A stretch of DNA of 54,334 nt from Patescibacteria group bacterium (GTDB taxonomy: Bacteria; Patescibacteriota; Minisyncoccia; Phycocordibacterales; CAIZLB01): contig JAZKFG010000005.1 of the NCBI GenBank assembly GCA_040386515.1, positions 97,077 through 151,410 of the forward strand, written 5' to 3'. Every line of letters begins with the position of its first letter. Positions within the stretch are counted from its first letter, which is position 1. Below the pieces are notes generated by a model. That model was not told the origin of the DNA, made no database searches, and saw nothing but the letters and a program-made list of their open reading frames with translations. Positions 39,495 through 47,485 of the stretch are shown here, one piece after another. The position numbers were made by a program, and so were the translations under genes.

Positions 39495-39592
39495 ATACGG
39501 ATAATAACATATTTAACAAGTCGGCGAAGACTGATTGAAATATGAAATAAATATGCACCTCGGGTGTATACTATATCTATAACGTAAATATT

Positions 39593-41461
39593 ATGAAATA
39601 CATATCATCTCAACTCTCAAAAGTTAAAAATTTATTTACAAACAAAGTCTTTCCCTACGCCAAAACGCATAAAATCATAGCAGCCATAGCAGTTCTCGTA
39701 ATCCTTATTGGAGGATATGTAAGTGCTAAGGCTGTTTTTGGTAAAAGTGGAGAGACTCAATATATTCTTGCTCGAGTAACCCGAGGCAATATAGAGACAA
39801 CTATTGCAGGAACTGGGCAGGTTGCTGCAACTAATCAAATAGACATTAAGGCTAAAGTGTCTGGTGACATTACGTATATTGGCGCTAAAGCTGGGCAAAC
39901 CATGAAAGCTGGTGATGTTATTGCAAGAATTAATACAAGTGATATTAGTATTTCCCTGCAAAGCGCTCGATTGTCACTGCAAAAGCTTACAACAGTGGAT
40001 CAAACCTCCCTTACCCAATCTCAAAACTCTCTTGCCAGTGCGCAGCAATCAAAAGCCGATGCAGAATCAAGTGTACTTAAAGCATATGAGTCAGCAAAGA
40101 TTTCACTTTCAACTGCATACCTAGATGTTCCTGATGTTGTGGCAAGTATGAATGATTTATTCTATGACGAGACAGGTTTTTTAAATGACAGAAACACAGC
40201 CATTAATAATGGCAACACTAAATCATATAGAGATGATGCAGGAGTATCTTTCGACACAGCCAAAGTATCAATCGAATCTGCACAGAATACTTTTAGAATG
40301 AATACTCAGACAACTGATCAAGATAAAATAGAAGCAATGATTGACGAAACATATGCCTCAGTATCTAAAGTTGCAGATGCACTTAAGAAGACAAAAATTG
40401 CTGTTGATCGTGTGAAAGATTCTTTGACTACTGGTCAAAATACAACTGCTGCCAATACTGCAGTAAGCAATGTTGCGAGTTGGACATCAAAAGTTAATAG
40501 TCATTTGAGTGATTTGCTTTCTGCCAAATCAGCAATTGCTTCTGCAAAAAACAATGTAACTGCGGCTGACCGAACAATTGCCGAAAGAAAAAATGGCTTA
40601 ACTGATACATTAAACGGAAGTGACGCACTGGATATTCGTTCTCAGCAATTGAATGTACAGCAAAAAGAAATGGAATATGCAAAATATACTATTCGAGCGC
40701 CGTTCGATGGAATACTTGCAAGTCTTAATGTTAAAAAGGGAGACGAGGCAGGAAGTGCGACAATTGGTACATTTATCACAAAACAAAAAATAGCAGAGAT
40801 TACCTTGAACGAAATAGATGCAGCCAATGTGCTCGTTGGTCAGCCTGCAACTATTACCTTTGATGCTATTGATGGACTTGTTGCCACAGGAACTGTTGCC
40901 AATATCGATCTTGTAGGAACTGTGACACAAGGAGTTGTAAACTATACGGCCCAAATTGCATTCGATGTTGAAGATCCAAGAATCAAGCCAGGCATGAGTG
41001 TGAGTGCAACTATTATTACATCAAGTAAAAAAGATGTGCTGATTGTTCCGAGCGCTGCAGTTAAAACAAGAGCAGGTTCTTCATATGTTGAAGTTGCTAC
41101 AATGAATGCCGGTGGCATAGGTGTGAGAAATGCATCAAGCGCAGGAGCTGGTAATGGAAATAGAATGCGAAATGCATCATCGACCGCGTCATCTACATTT
41201 ACAGGACGAACCTTCCAAAGCCAGACTGCAGTATCACTCCCTACCCCGCCGGTTCAAGTTACAGTTGAAGTAGGTGCGACAAATAATACGCAGACAGAAA
41301 TTATAAGCGGATTAACTGAGGGACAATTTGTAGTTTCAAAAATTGTAACAAGTACATCTACTGCAAAAACTGCAGCACCTGCTGGTAGAGGATTGTTTGG
41401 AGGCGGAGCAACACGAGGAGCTGCAGGTGGTGCAGGAGCAACGAGAGCATTTACACGATAA
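39593..41461 (+). CDS. MacA-like membrane fusion (adaptor) protein
   Basis: V.RGNI..TI.GTG, IKAKVSG.I, long coiled coil, IRAPFDG, IKPGMSVSA, EIISGL.EG. Confidence 0.88.
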   Translation: MKYISSQLSKVKNLFTNKVFPYAKTHKIIAAIAVLVILIGGYVSAKAVFGKSGETQYILARVTRGNIETTIAGTGQVAATNQIDIKAKVSGDITYIGAKAGQTMKAGDVIARINTSDISISLQSARLSLQKLTTVDQTSLTQSQNSLASAQQSKADAESSVLKAYESAKISLSTAYLDVPDVVASMNDLFYDETGFLNDRNTAINNGNTKSYRDDAGVSFDTAKVSIESAQNTFRMNTQTTDQDKIEAMIDETYASVSKVADALKKTKIAVDRVKDSLTTGQNTTAANTAVSNVASWTSKVNSHLSDLLSAKSAIASAKNNVTAADRTIAERKNGLTDTLNGSDALDIRSQQLNVQQKEMEYAKYTIRAPFDGILASLNVKKGDEAGSATIGTFITKQKIAEITLNEIDAANVLVGQPATITFDAIDGLVATGTVANIDLVGTVTQGVVNYTAQIAFDVEDPRIKPGMSVSATIITSSKKDVLIVPSAAVKTRAGSSYVEVATMNAGGIGVRNASSAGAGNGNRMRNASSTASSTFTGRTFQSQTAVSLPTPPVQVTVEVGATNNTQTEIISGLTEGQFVVSKIVTSTSTAKTAAPAGRGLFGGGATRGAAGGAGATRAFTR

Positions 41462-41476
41462 TCACTCACATCATAT

Positions 41477-42190
41477 ATGATTGAAATAAAAGACATTACA
41501 AAAACATATACAAGTGGTGTTGAGCCTTTTCAAGCAGTTAAAGGAGTAAGTTTTGTTATTGAAGATGGAGAGTTTGTTGCCATCATGGGACCGTCAGGAT
41601 CAGGTAAATCAACTCTTATGCATATTCTTGGTGCACTTGATACACCAACGACAGGAACATATCTTCTTGATGGTAAAGATGTATCTACATATAATCAGGA
41701 TGAATTGGCTTTAATTCGCCGAGATAAAATCGGTTTTGTATTTCAAGCATTTAACTTGCTTCCACGAACGTCAGCTATTCGAAATGTTATGCTCCCTCTT
41801 ATATATGCCGAAGTGGATGAAGAAGATAGACACGAGCGTGCTGCATCTGCCCTCATTGCATCTGGACTTGATGAACAGCATTTTAATAATTTATCAAATC
41901 AATTGTCCGGTGGACAGATTCAGCGTGTTGCTATTGCCCGTGCCCTTGTAAATAATCCAAGTCTTATCTTAGCCGATGAGCCAACTGGAAATCTTGATTC
42001 CAGAACTGGTGAAATCGTACTTGGTACTTTTGAAACATTAAATAAAAAACATGGACGAACAATTATTTTAATTACGCACGAGCGAGACGTTGCCGAACAT
42101 GCGGACCGAATTATTTTTATAAAAGACGGAGTGATTCTTGAAGATTCACGAACTCATTCTAAGCGAACTGTACATCATCATGCGAACTAA
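41477..42190 (+). CDS. MacB/LolD-type ABC ATPase
   Basis: GPSGSGKST, IGFVFQAFNLL, LSGGQIQR, LADEPTGNLD. Confidence 0.93.
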   Translation: MIEIKDITKTYTSGVEPFQAVKGVSFVIEDGEFVAIMGPSGSGKSTLMHILGALDTPTTGTYLLDGKDVSTYNQDELALIRRDKIGFVFQAFNLLPRTSAIRNVMLPLIYAEVDEEDRHERAASALIASGLDEQHFNNLSNQLSGGQIQRVAIARALVNNPSLILADEPTGNLDSRTGEIVLGTFETLNKKHGRTIILITHERDVAEHADRIIFIKDGVILEDSRTHSKRTVHHHAN

Positions 42191-43403
42191 AGACATATTA
42201 AGCGAAACATATACTGCCCTATCAGCCAATAAAGTGCGATCAGGTTTAACAATGCTTGGAATTGTCATCGGTATTAGTTCTGTGATTTCTATGGTCTCTA
42301 TCGGACAAGGCGCACAAGCAACTATTGAATCAAGTATTCAGTCTATAGGATCAAACCTTATTATCATTACCCCTGGTGCGCAGCGTGGTGCTGGTATACA
42401 AGTAAGTGCCGGCCGTGGATCGTCGCGAACATTAACACAAGAAGATGCAGAAGCATTGGCAACAGATATGCCGCTTGCAAATGCAGTTGCAGCAGAGCTT
42501 GGCGGACGATATCAGATTACAACTAAAGGGAAAAATACAAACACAACAGTTACTGGAACAACTGAAAGTTATCCAACTGTAAGAAATTTACAAATTGATA
42601 CAGGTTCATTTATTACCGATGCACAAGTAAAAAGTTTAGCTCGCGTTGCAGTGCTAGGGCCTACAACAGTAACTGATCTTTTTGGAGAAGGAGTGGATCC
42701 TATTGGACAAACAATACGAATTAAAAATGTTGTCTTTACTGTAGTTGGCGTAACAAAAGCAAAAGGAGGATCAGGATTTGGAAGTCAGGATGATGTAGTC
42801 TTCATTCCCCTCTCGAGCGCACAAAAGTTTTTAGCTGGAGAAGATTATGTTTCAACTATTAGTGTGCAGGCAAAAGACGCAGAGAGTATGACAGAACTAC
42901 AAAGTGCTATTACTGAAGAACTTATGGACAGACATAATATAAAAGAAAATGCGGCAGCGGACTTTAGTATTTTAAATCAGGCAGATATTGTGGCAACAGC
43001 ATCAAGTGTGACAGGTACATTTACATTACTTCTTGCGGCAGTGGCAGGTATATCACTCGTTGTAGGCGGAATTGGAATTATGAATATGATGCTTACGACC
43101 GTAACAGAAAGAACTCGTGAGATTGGATTGCGTAAGGCTATCGGAGCAACACGAAAAGATATTAGTAAGCAATTTTTAATTGAGGCAATTATTTTGACAT
43201 GTGTTGGCGGATTGATTGGAATTATTTTAGGATCACTTATTTCGTGGGGAATAAATTATTCTGGAATATTGAAAACTTCTGTTTCTTTTGGCTCTGTTGC
43301 ATTGGCGTTTGGCGTGTCTACTGCTATTGGAATTGTCTTTGGATATTACCCTGCGAGACGGGCGGCACAGCTGAATCCTATTGAGGCATTGAGGTATGAG
43401 TAA
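42180..43403 (+). CDS. MacB/FtsX-type ABC permease
   Basis: RS.LTMLGIVIGI, ISL.VGGIGIMN.ML..VTERTREIG.RKAIGA, YPARRAA.LNPIEALRYE; start ATG 42180. Confidence 0.93.
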   Translation: MRTKDILSETYTALSANKVRSGLTMLGIVIGISSVISMVSIGQGAQATIESSIQSIGSNLIIITPGAQRGAGIQVSAGRGSSRTLTQEDAEALATDMPLANAVAAELGGRYQITTKGKNTNTTVTGTTESYPTVRNLQIDTGSFITDAQVKSLARVAVLGPTTVTDLFGEGVDPIGQTIRIKNVVFTVVGVTKAKGGSGFGSQDDVVFIPLSSAQKFLAGEDYVSTISVQAKDAESMTELQSAITEELMDRHNIKENAAADFSILNQADIVATASSVTGTFTLLLAAVAGISLVVGGIGIMNMMLTTVTERTREIGLRKAIGATRKDISKQFLIEAIILTCVGGLIGIILGSLISWGINYSGILKTSVSFGSVALAFGVSTAIGIVFGYYPARRAAQLNPIEALRYE

Positions 43404-43487
43404 AGTAAGCGTTTGACTTATATGTCCACTGGCTGCATTATGGAGCTTGGCTCAAGTTAGCAACGTACAACTTAACCATATTGCACC

Positions 43488-44147
43488 ATGAACAACATTC
43501 CGACTAAAACCATTTGTCCTGCTGTATTTCGCATGTTTAGAAATGCCAACGGGTCTTTCAGTTTTTTACTTGTCTGGGCATCTACCCCGATTATGCTCTC
43601 AATCACAGGATATCTTTTTCCTTTCCATGCAAAACCTGGAAAGCCTGGAGGATCAATTTCCTATTCACTGCCTGAAAAAGGCAACCCTAAAATGTCAGCT
43701 GATTATATTGCCTTTACATACATAGGAAGGAGAATCGATTTTGAAGACAATACTTTATACGCAGGCCTTATAGGATATGAGGCTAATGCATCGCAGCCAC
43801 ATCTGATTTGTGCATGCCCATTTGAGAATTGGCTTAACTTTCAGAAGCAAGTCGCTTACACAGGAGACAATGTTCGTGCGTATCAAAATCCTGAATATGT
43901 CACTCTCTACGAGGTTAATTGGTACGGTGGAATAGAGATTCTAGGTAATCCTACTGGCATAGTGAATCAGATCTGCACACAATGGGGAGGCAATGATCCT
44001 CGTGAATGTCTTAAGGAAGACAAGGATATACAATGGAGAAAATACGAAGATGGAAAATTCAAACCCTGTCCTTGCCCTGAACTTCCAGAACCCCACGAGC
44101 GAGCAGTGCAAGTTGGAAAAATTCTGGAAGCCAGAAATAAAAAATAA
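43488..44147 (+). CDS. Orphan protein in promoter-ORF-terminator cassette
   Basis: 219-aa ORF; TTGACT-N17-CATTAT at 43413-43441; terminator CCTGCAG..GCCG/CGGC-CTGCAGG at 44171-44208. Confidence 0.65.
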   Translation: MNNIPTKTICPAVFRMFRNANGSFSFLLVWASTPIMLSITGYLFPFHAKPGKPGGSISYSLPEKGNPKMSADYIAFTYIGRRIDFEDNTLYAGLIGYEANASQPHLICACPFENWLNFQKQVAYTGDNVRAYQNPEYVTLYEVNWYGGIEILGNPTGIVNQICTQWGGNDPRECLKEDKDIQWRKYEDGKFKPCPCPELPEPHERAVQVGKILEARNKK

Positions 44148-44229
44148 TAATCCCCACCCTCTCCAATCATCCTGCAGCGCCGTCCCGGCCTGCAGGAGAT
44201 TTTATTTTATAATGTGCTATAAATACCCT

Positions 44230-44703
44230 ATGTCTTTGGTATTAAACAGAAAAGTAAGATTCAACTACGAAATACTTCAAAAATTTGAGGTAGGTATTGT
44301 GCTGCAAGGGGTTGAAGTAAAAGCAGTTCGAGGAGGACATATGTCACTCGATGGAGCTCATGTAAGTTTGCTGCCTAAGATTATTTCTATAAAAAAAGGA
44401 GCGCATAGATTGTCACTGATTGGAGCCACTATTACTCCCCTTCAGCCCATGAATGTGCCGGCAGGATATGAACCAGTTGGAGTACGACAGCTTTTGATGA
44501 AGGAAAAGGAAATGGATAATCTTGAAAAGGAGATGAAAAATAAAGGAATTACAATTGTTCCCCTTTCTGTGTTTGCCAAGCGAGGATTGATTAAGATTGA
44601 AATTGCACTTGTGCGAGGAAAGAAGAAGTTTGATAAGCGAGAGACGTTAAAGAAGAAAGATGCTAAGAGAGAGATTGATAGAGTGTTGAAGGGTGGTAAG
44701 TAA
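44230..44703 (+). CDS. smpB: SsrA-binding protein
   Basis: NRKVRFNYEI...E.GIVLQGVEVKAVR.G, R.LL....E, TIVPL, K.EIALVRGKK.FDKR; start ATG 44230. Confidence 0.95.
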   Translation: MSLVLNRKVRFNYEILQKFEVGIVLQGVEVKAVRGGHMSLDGAHVSLLPKIISIKKGAHRLSLIGATITPLQPMNVPAGYEPVGVRQLLMKEKEMDNLEKEMKNKGITIVPLSVFAKRGLIKIEIALVRGKKKFDKRETLKKKDAKREIDRVLKGGK

Positions 44704-44750
44704 TATCCCCTAGGTTCATACGTTGACATACATGGTATACTACCAAACAC

Positions 44751-45157
44751 GGGGATGACCGGTTTTGATATATGAACTTTAAACATACGTGCGCCATCGA
44801 GTATTCTCACAACCTCGTAAAAGCGTGAGAAACCTTAAGTGCATCTGCACGAAAAGCCGTTGCTAGTCCATTCGTTGGATTTAGTAGCTTCGCTTTCGCA
44901 TCAGCTCGAGCCTAACCTCGAGTGCGCATCTACTGTTTATTTACCTTGCGTAGATAGATAGGTGTAATACAGCAAGGTCCGACATAAAAACGTGTTTCGG
45001 TTTTATGTTTAGATTACGAAACTAGTTCGCATACTGTTCTGTTGATCTTAAAGGTATGAGGGCGAATGTATTCCTTCGGGAGTATAAAGATTATCTACAT
45101 GTCGTAGATTCGTATGTTTTACTCATATAGACGAGGGTTCGATTCCCTCCATCTCCA
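44751..45157 (+). ncRNA. ssrA: tmRNA; predicted tag (A)ASARKAVASPFVGFSSFAFASARA* at 44841-44915
   Basis: 5' GGGGATG pairs with 3' CATCTCC-A including G3-U; T arm GAGGG-TTCGATT-CCCTC; downstream of smpB; TAAGT-GCA resume context; stop inside a CTCGAG hairpin. Confidence 0.93.
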
Positions 45158-45161
45158 CAAA

Positions 45162-45190
45162 TTGACAACATATATAAAATGATATATAAT
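45162..45190 (+). promoter_or_regulatory. Perfect sigma70 promoter TTGACA-N17-TATAAT, cassette 1
   Basis: Starts 3 nt after tmRNA ...TCCAC. Confidence 0.85.
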
Positions 45191-45267
45191 ATATTCATGG
45201 TGAATGTTCGGTATGGCTCAAAAACCTTTACTCATAGAGCTTTTTGAGCCCTATCGGCACTACCTAT

Positions 45268-45645
45268 ATGAAAAACAAAGTTCTTATTGTTGACGATGAA
45301 GAGCGACCACGGAAGCACCACCGACTCATCCTAGAAGAAGACCTCCCAGGTATGGTTGAAACACTTACTGCGGCGACCCTTGAAGAGGCAAACAGACTGT
45401 TCGACGAAAACAAGGACGACCTGATCCTGGTCGTGATGGATGCCTGCCTTGAAGGATCACGCCCCGACACTCTCCCCCTCGTTCACCGAATGAGGAAAGA
45501 AGGGTTTAAAGGCAAGATCATCGCAAACAGTTCGATGCCCGAATACCAACAGACACTCCTCAACGCCGGATGCGATCAAGCCTCCAGCGGAAAAAATGAA
45601 CTCGAGGATGACATCGTGGAGATCGTCAAAAATCTCCTGCAATAG
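45268..45645 (+). CDS. Single-domain response regulator (receiver), cassette 1
   Basis: VLIVDDE, VVMD phosphoacceptor, IIANSS, GK; C-ending codon bias unlike flanking core genes; start ATG 45268. Confidence 0.8.
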   Translation: MKNKVLIVDDEERPRKHHRLILEEDLPGMVETLTAATLEEANRLFDENKDDLILVVMDACLEGSRPDTLPLVHRMRKEGFKGKIIANSSMPEYQQTLLNAGCDQASSGKNELEDDIVEIVKNLLQ

Positions 45646-45740
45646 CACGGCGAAGCACCTGTAGACTCAGATTCTTAGAGCTTTCAAAAAACATCTATCC
45701 CTCTGTGGCTCTGGGTGTGTTTTTATTTACATGTGTATTC

Positions 45741-45793
45741 AAAAATCCCAACAATACTGAAAACTGGTTCGATAAAATCCCTATCCTGTCCAC
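45741..45793 (+). repeat. 53-bp cassette-boundary repeat R1 (tmRNA-3'-like att site)
   Basis: aaaaatcccaacaatactgaaaactggttcgataaaatccctatcctgtccac; ungapped 43/53 identity with R2. Confidence 0.85.
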
Positions 45794-45795
45794 AA

Positions 45796-45824
45796 TTGAC
45801 ACAATATAAATTATATTATACATT
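45796..45824 (+). promoter_or_regulatory. Promoter TTGACA-N17-TACATT, cassette 2
   Basis: Begins 2 nt after R1. Confidence 0.7.
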
Positions 45825-45892
45825 CACATAGTCGTTGAAGAAATCGACCTTAAACAACTTCCGTATAGCGAAAACGATACCGCCACAGCACA

Positions 45893-46474
45893 ATGAAGAC
45901 ACTGAAGCCAGAAGTAGTCCTTGAAATTGTAGTTCATCCTACAGGAGGACGAACCGCTTATAATAGTTATCGGTTCCAAGAAAGCGACGGAGCATTTATG
46001 GATTTAATAAGGCTGGAGGATTCCATTTATTCTAAATTTAGAACGACGAGTTTACATCATGGGTTTATAGTTTGCATAATCGGATATTCTCTCCCTAAAT
46101 TTGGTGCACCGAATGGAGTCAGTCGAAGAGAAGTTACCTCAACGCTTCGCTACCTTCAATTAAACTCTCCGAGTTCTGTTGAAACGTTGTTAATCGCCTC
46201 CCAGGTAGCCAGATCATATGAGTTCAACAACCTGATACTGGAGCATGACGGCAGACCAATTGTTGCAACAACACCGTTCCATCCTGAAGCACCAACTTAT
46301 TTTGAATTCGGAATGGCAATGGATACAACAAGTCCTTATCAATATTTTTTCCGAAAGCCCCATAGGGAAGTGGGTGGTGCTACTAAAATTTATTTTGGTG
46401 AGTATGAAGCAACACAATCTAACCAAATGTGGTTAAGGAATAACCCCTTCATTGTTGGCATTAAAGCAACTTAA
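45893..46474 (+). CDS. Orphan protein, cassette 2
   Basis: 193-aa ORF between promoter and terminator; no family recognised. Confidence 0.65.
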   Translation: MKTLKPEVVLEIVVHPTGGRTAYNSYRFQESDGAFMDLIRLEDSIYSKFRTTSLHHGFIVCIIGYSLPKFGAPNGVSRREVTSTLRYLQLNSPSSVETLLIASQVARSYEFNNLILEHDGRPIVATTPFHPEAPTYFEFGMAMDTTSPYQYFFRKPHREVGGATKIYFGEYEATQSNQMWLRNNPFIVGIKAT

Positions 46475-46481
46475 TCTCTTT

Positions 46482-46534
46482 CCCCCACAAGAAAAGTCCT
46501 CACAGACTTCACATCTTGTGGGGGCTTTTCTTTT
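46482..46534 (+). terminator. Conserved terminator motif, copy A
   Basis: GAAAAGTCCTCACA-GACTTCACATCT-TGTGGGGGCTTTTC-TTTT. Confidence 0.8.
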
Positions 46535-46548
46535 ATAAATGGTTACAA

Positions 46549-46601
46549 ATAAATTTCAATAGTACTGCAAATTGGTTCGATAAAATTCCCACCCTGTCCA
46601 C
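46549..46601 (+). repeat. 53-bp cassette-boundary repeat R2
   Basis: ataaatttcaatagtactgcaaattggttcgataaaattcccaccctgtccac; last 17 nt match the tmRNA 3' end at 14/17. Confidence 0.85.
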
Positions 46602-46659
46602 CATTTGTAAAATAACCTTATTTTGTAAGGTTATTTTCGTTATTTAGGGTGTAATACAC

Positions 46660-46688
46660 TTGACATCAATCACTACTTATGATATACT
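46660..46688 (+). promoter_or_regulatory. Promoter TTGACA-N17-TATACT (extended -10), cassette 3
   Basis: ttgacatcaatcactacttatgatatact. Confidence 0.8.
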
Positions 46689-46805
46689 TATATCTGTTAG
46701 TCAAGTACTTTAAAAGGTTAAGCTTGGAATGGAAATCATAATCAACTTGCAGTAAACGCATGCGGATTATTATCCTTCCTACCACGCTTAACCAATCAAA
46801 AATTT

Positions 46806-47045
46806 ATGAACAGACTCGCTATTGAAGCTGCCCTTGTCGAGCTGAAAGCCCAGCAATCCCAACAACTTGGAGAAGCCAGGACTCAGGCCATTGAGGCGGC
46901 ACTCATGAAACTGAACGAGTTGGCACCGGCCGACATCAATCGAACCGTTGGTCCGATCCGCCAATTCATCCACAGTGGTGACACATGTGATATTGTCATC
47001 ACAATTCAACCCTGCATTTTTAATGTAGTGGTTGACTGGAAATAA
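46806..47045 (+). CDS. Small orphan protein, cassette 3
   Basis: 79-aa ORF with internal repeat AIEAAL.(E/K)L twice; GC3-rich. Confidence 0.6.
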   Translation: MNRLAIEAALVELKAQQSQQLGEARTQAIEAALMKLNELAPADINRTVGPIRQFIHSGDTCDIVITIQPCIFNVVVDWK

Positions 47046-47057
47046 TCAACTTCACAC

Positions 47058-47110
47058 GCCTCCGCAAGAAAGCCCTCACGGACTTTACATCTTGTGAGGG
47101 CTTTTCTTTT
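47058..47110 (+). terminator. Conserved terminator motif, copy B
   Basis: AAAGCCCTCAC-GGACTTTACATCTT-GTGAGGGCTTT-TCTTTT. Confidence 0.8.
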
Positions 47111-47126
47111 ATACATATACAGACTG

Positions 47127-47179
47127 ATAAATCTTAATAATTCGAAAAACCAGTTTGATAAAATTCCTACCCTGTCCAC
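47127..47179 (+). repeat. 53-bp cassette-boundary repeat R3
   Basis: ataaatcttaataattcgaaaaaccagtttgataaaattcctaccctgtccac; aligns ungapped to R1/R2. Confidence 0.8.
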
Positions 47180-47182
47180 TGT

Positions 47183-47266
47183 TTGACTAATCCTATCAAT
47201 TTACCTATTATTAATCCCGGGTGGTAAGTCCAAGAAAAAATCGTCCTGCGGGACGGTTTTTATTTT
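47183..47266 (+). other. Empty cassette: promoter TTGACT-N17-TATTAT followed almost directly by a terminator (~45-nt transcript)
   Basis: Promoter 47183-47211; AAAATCGTCC-tgcg-GGACGGTTTT-TATTTT at 47237-47266; no ORF. Confidence 0.55.
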
Positions 47267-47357
47267 ATAAATTTCAATACAGATTTTATACTTTCTTACA
47301 ATTTAATTTAACCCTATTCATATAAACTATTCCCATGTCAGATGTTTGGTAGATTTC

Positions 47358-47433
47358 TGACATAGGCATGTTAATGGTTTAGCATCCTGGATTTACCACT
47401 CAAGATAAGCGAGTTCGATTCTCGTCATGTCCA
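47358..47433 (+). pseudogene. Degenerate tRNA-like element
   Basis: Good T arm GCGAG-TTCGATT-CTCGT, D arm ATGT-taatggttta-GCAT, mismatched acceptor TGACATA/CATGTCC, anticodon stem with one mismatch and 8-nt loop TTTACCAC. Confidence 0.55.
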
Positions 47434-47485
47434 TTATAATTTGATAATACCCACCCAATACTATATTATTGACTCTTAACTCAAT

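Noticed and set aside
43993-44229. N-terminal extension of SmpB; similar extensions for 19403, 14553, 16507, 37332
   Set aside because: Extensions run through upstream genes or terminators; downstream ATGs fit family starts or signal peptides.
44723-44741. TTGACA-N7-TATACT as an unusual-spacing promoter for ssrA
   Set aside because: Explained more simply by an extended -10 (TGgTATACT); the nearby TTGACA is probably incidental.
45741-47179. CRISPR array interpretation of the 53-bp repeats
   Set aside because: Intervals are 525-755 bp and contain whole genes; repeats are diverged and non-palindromic; no cas genes in the window.
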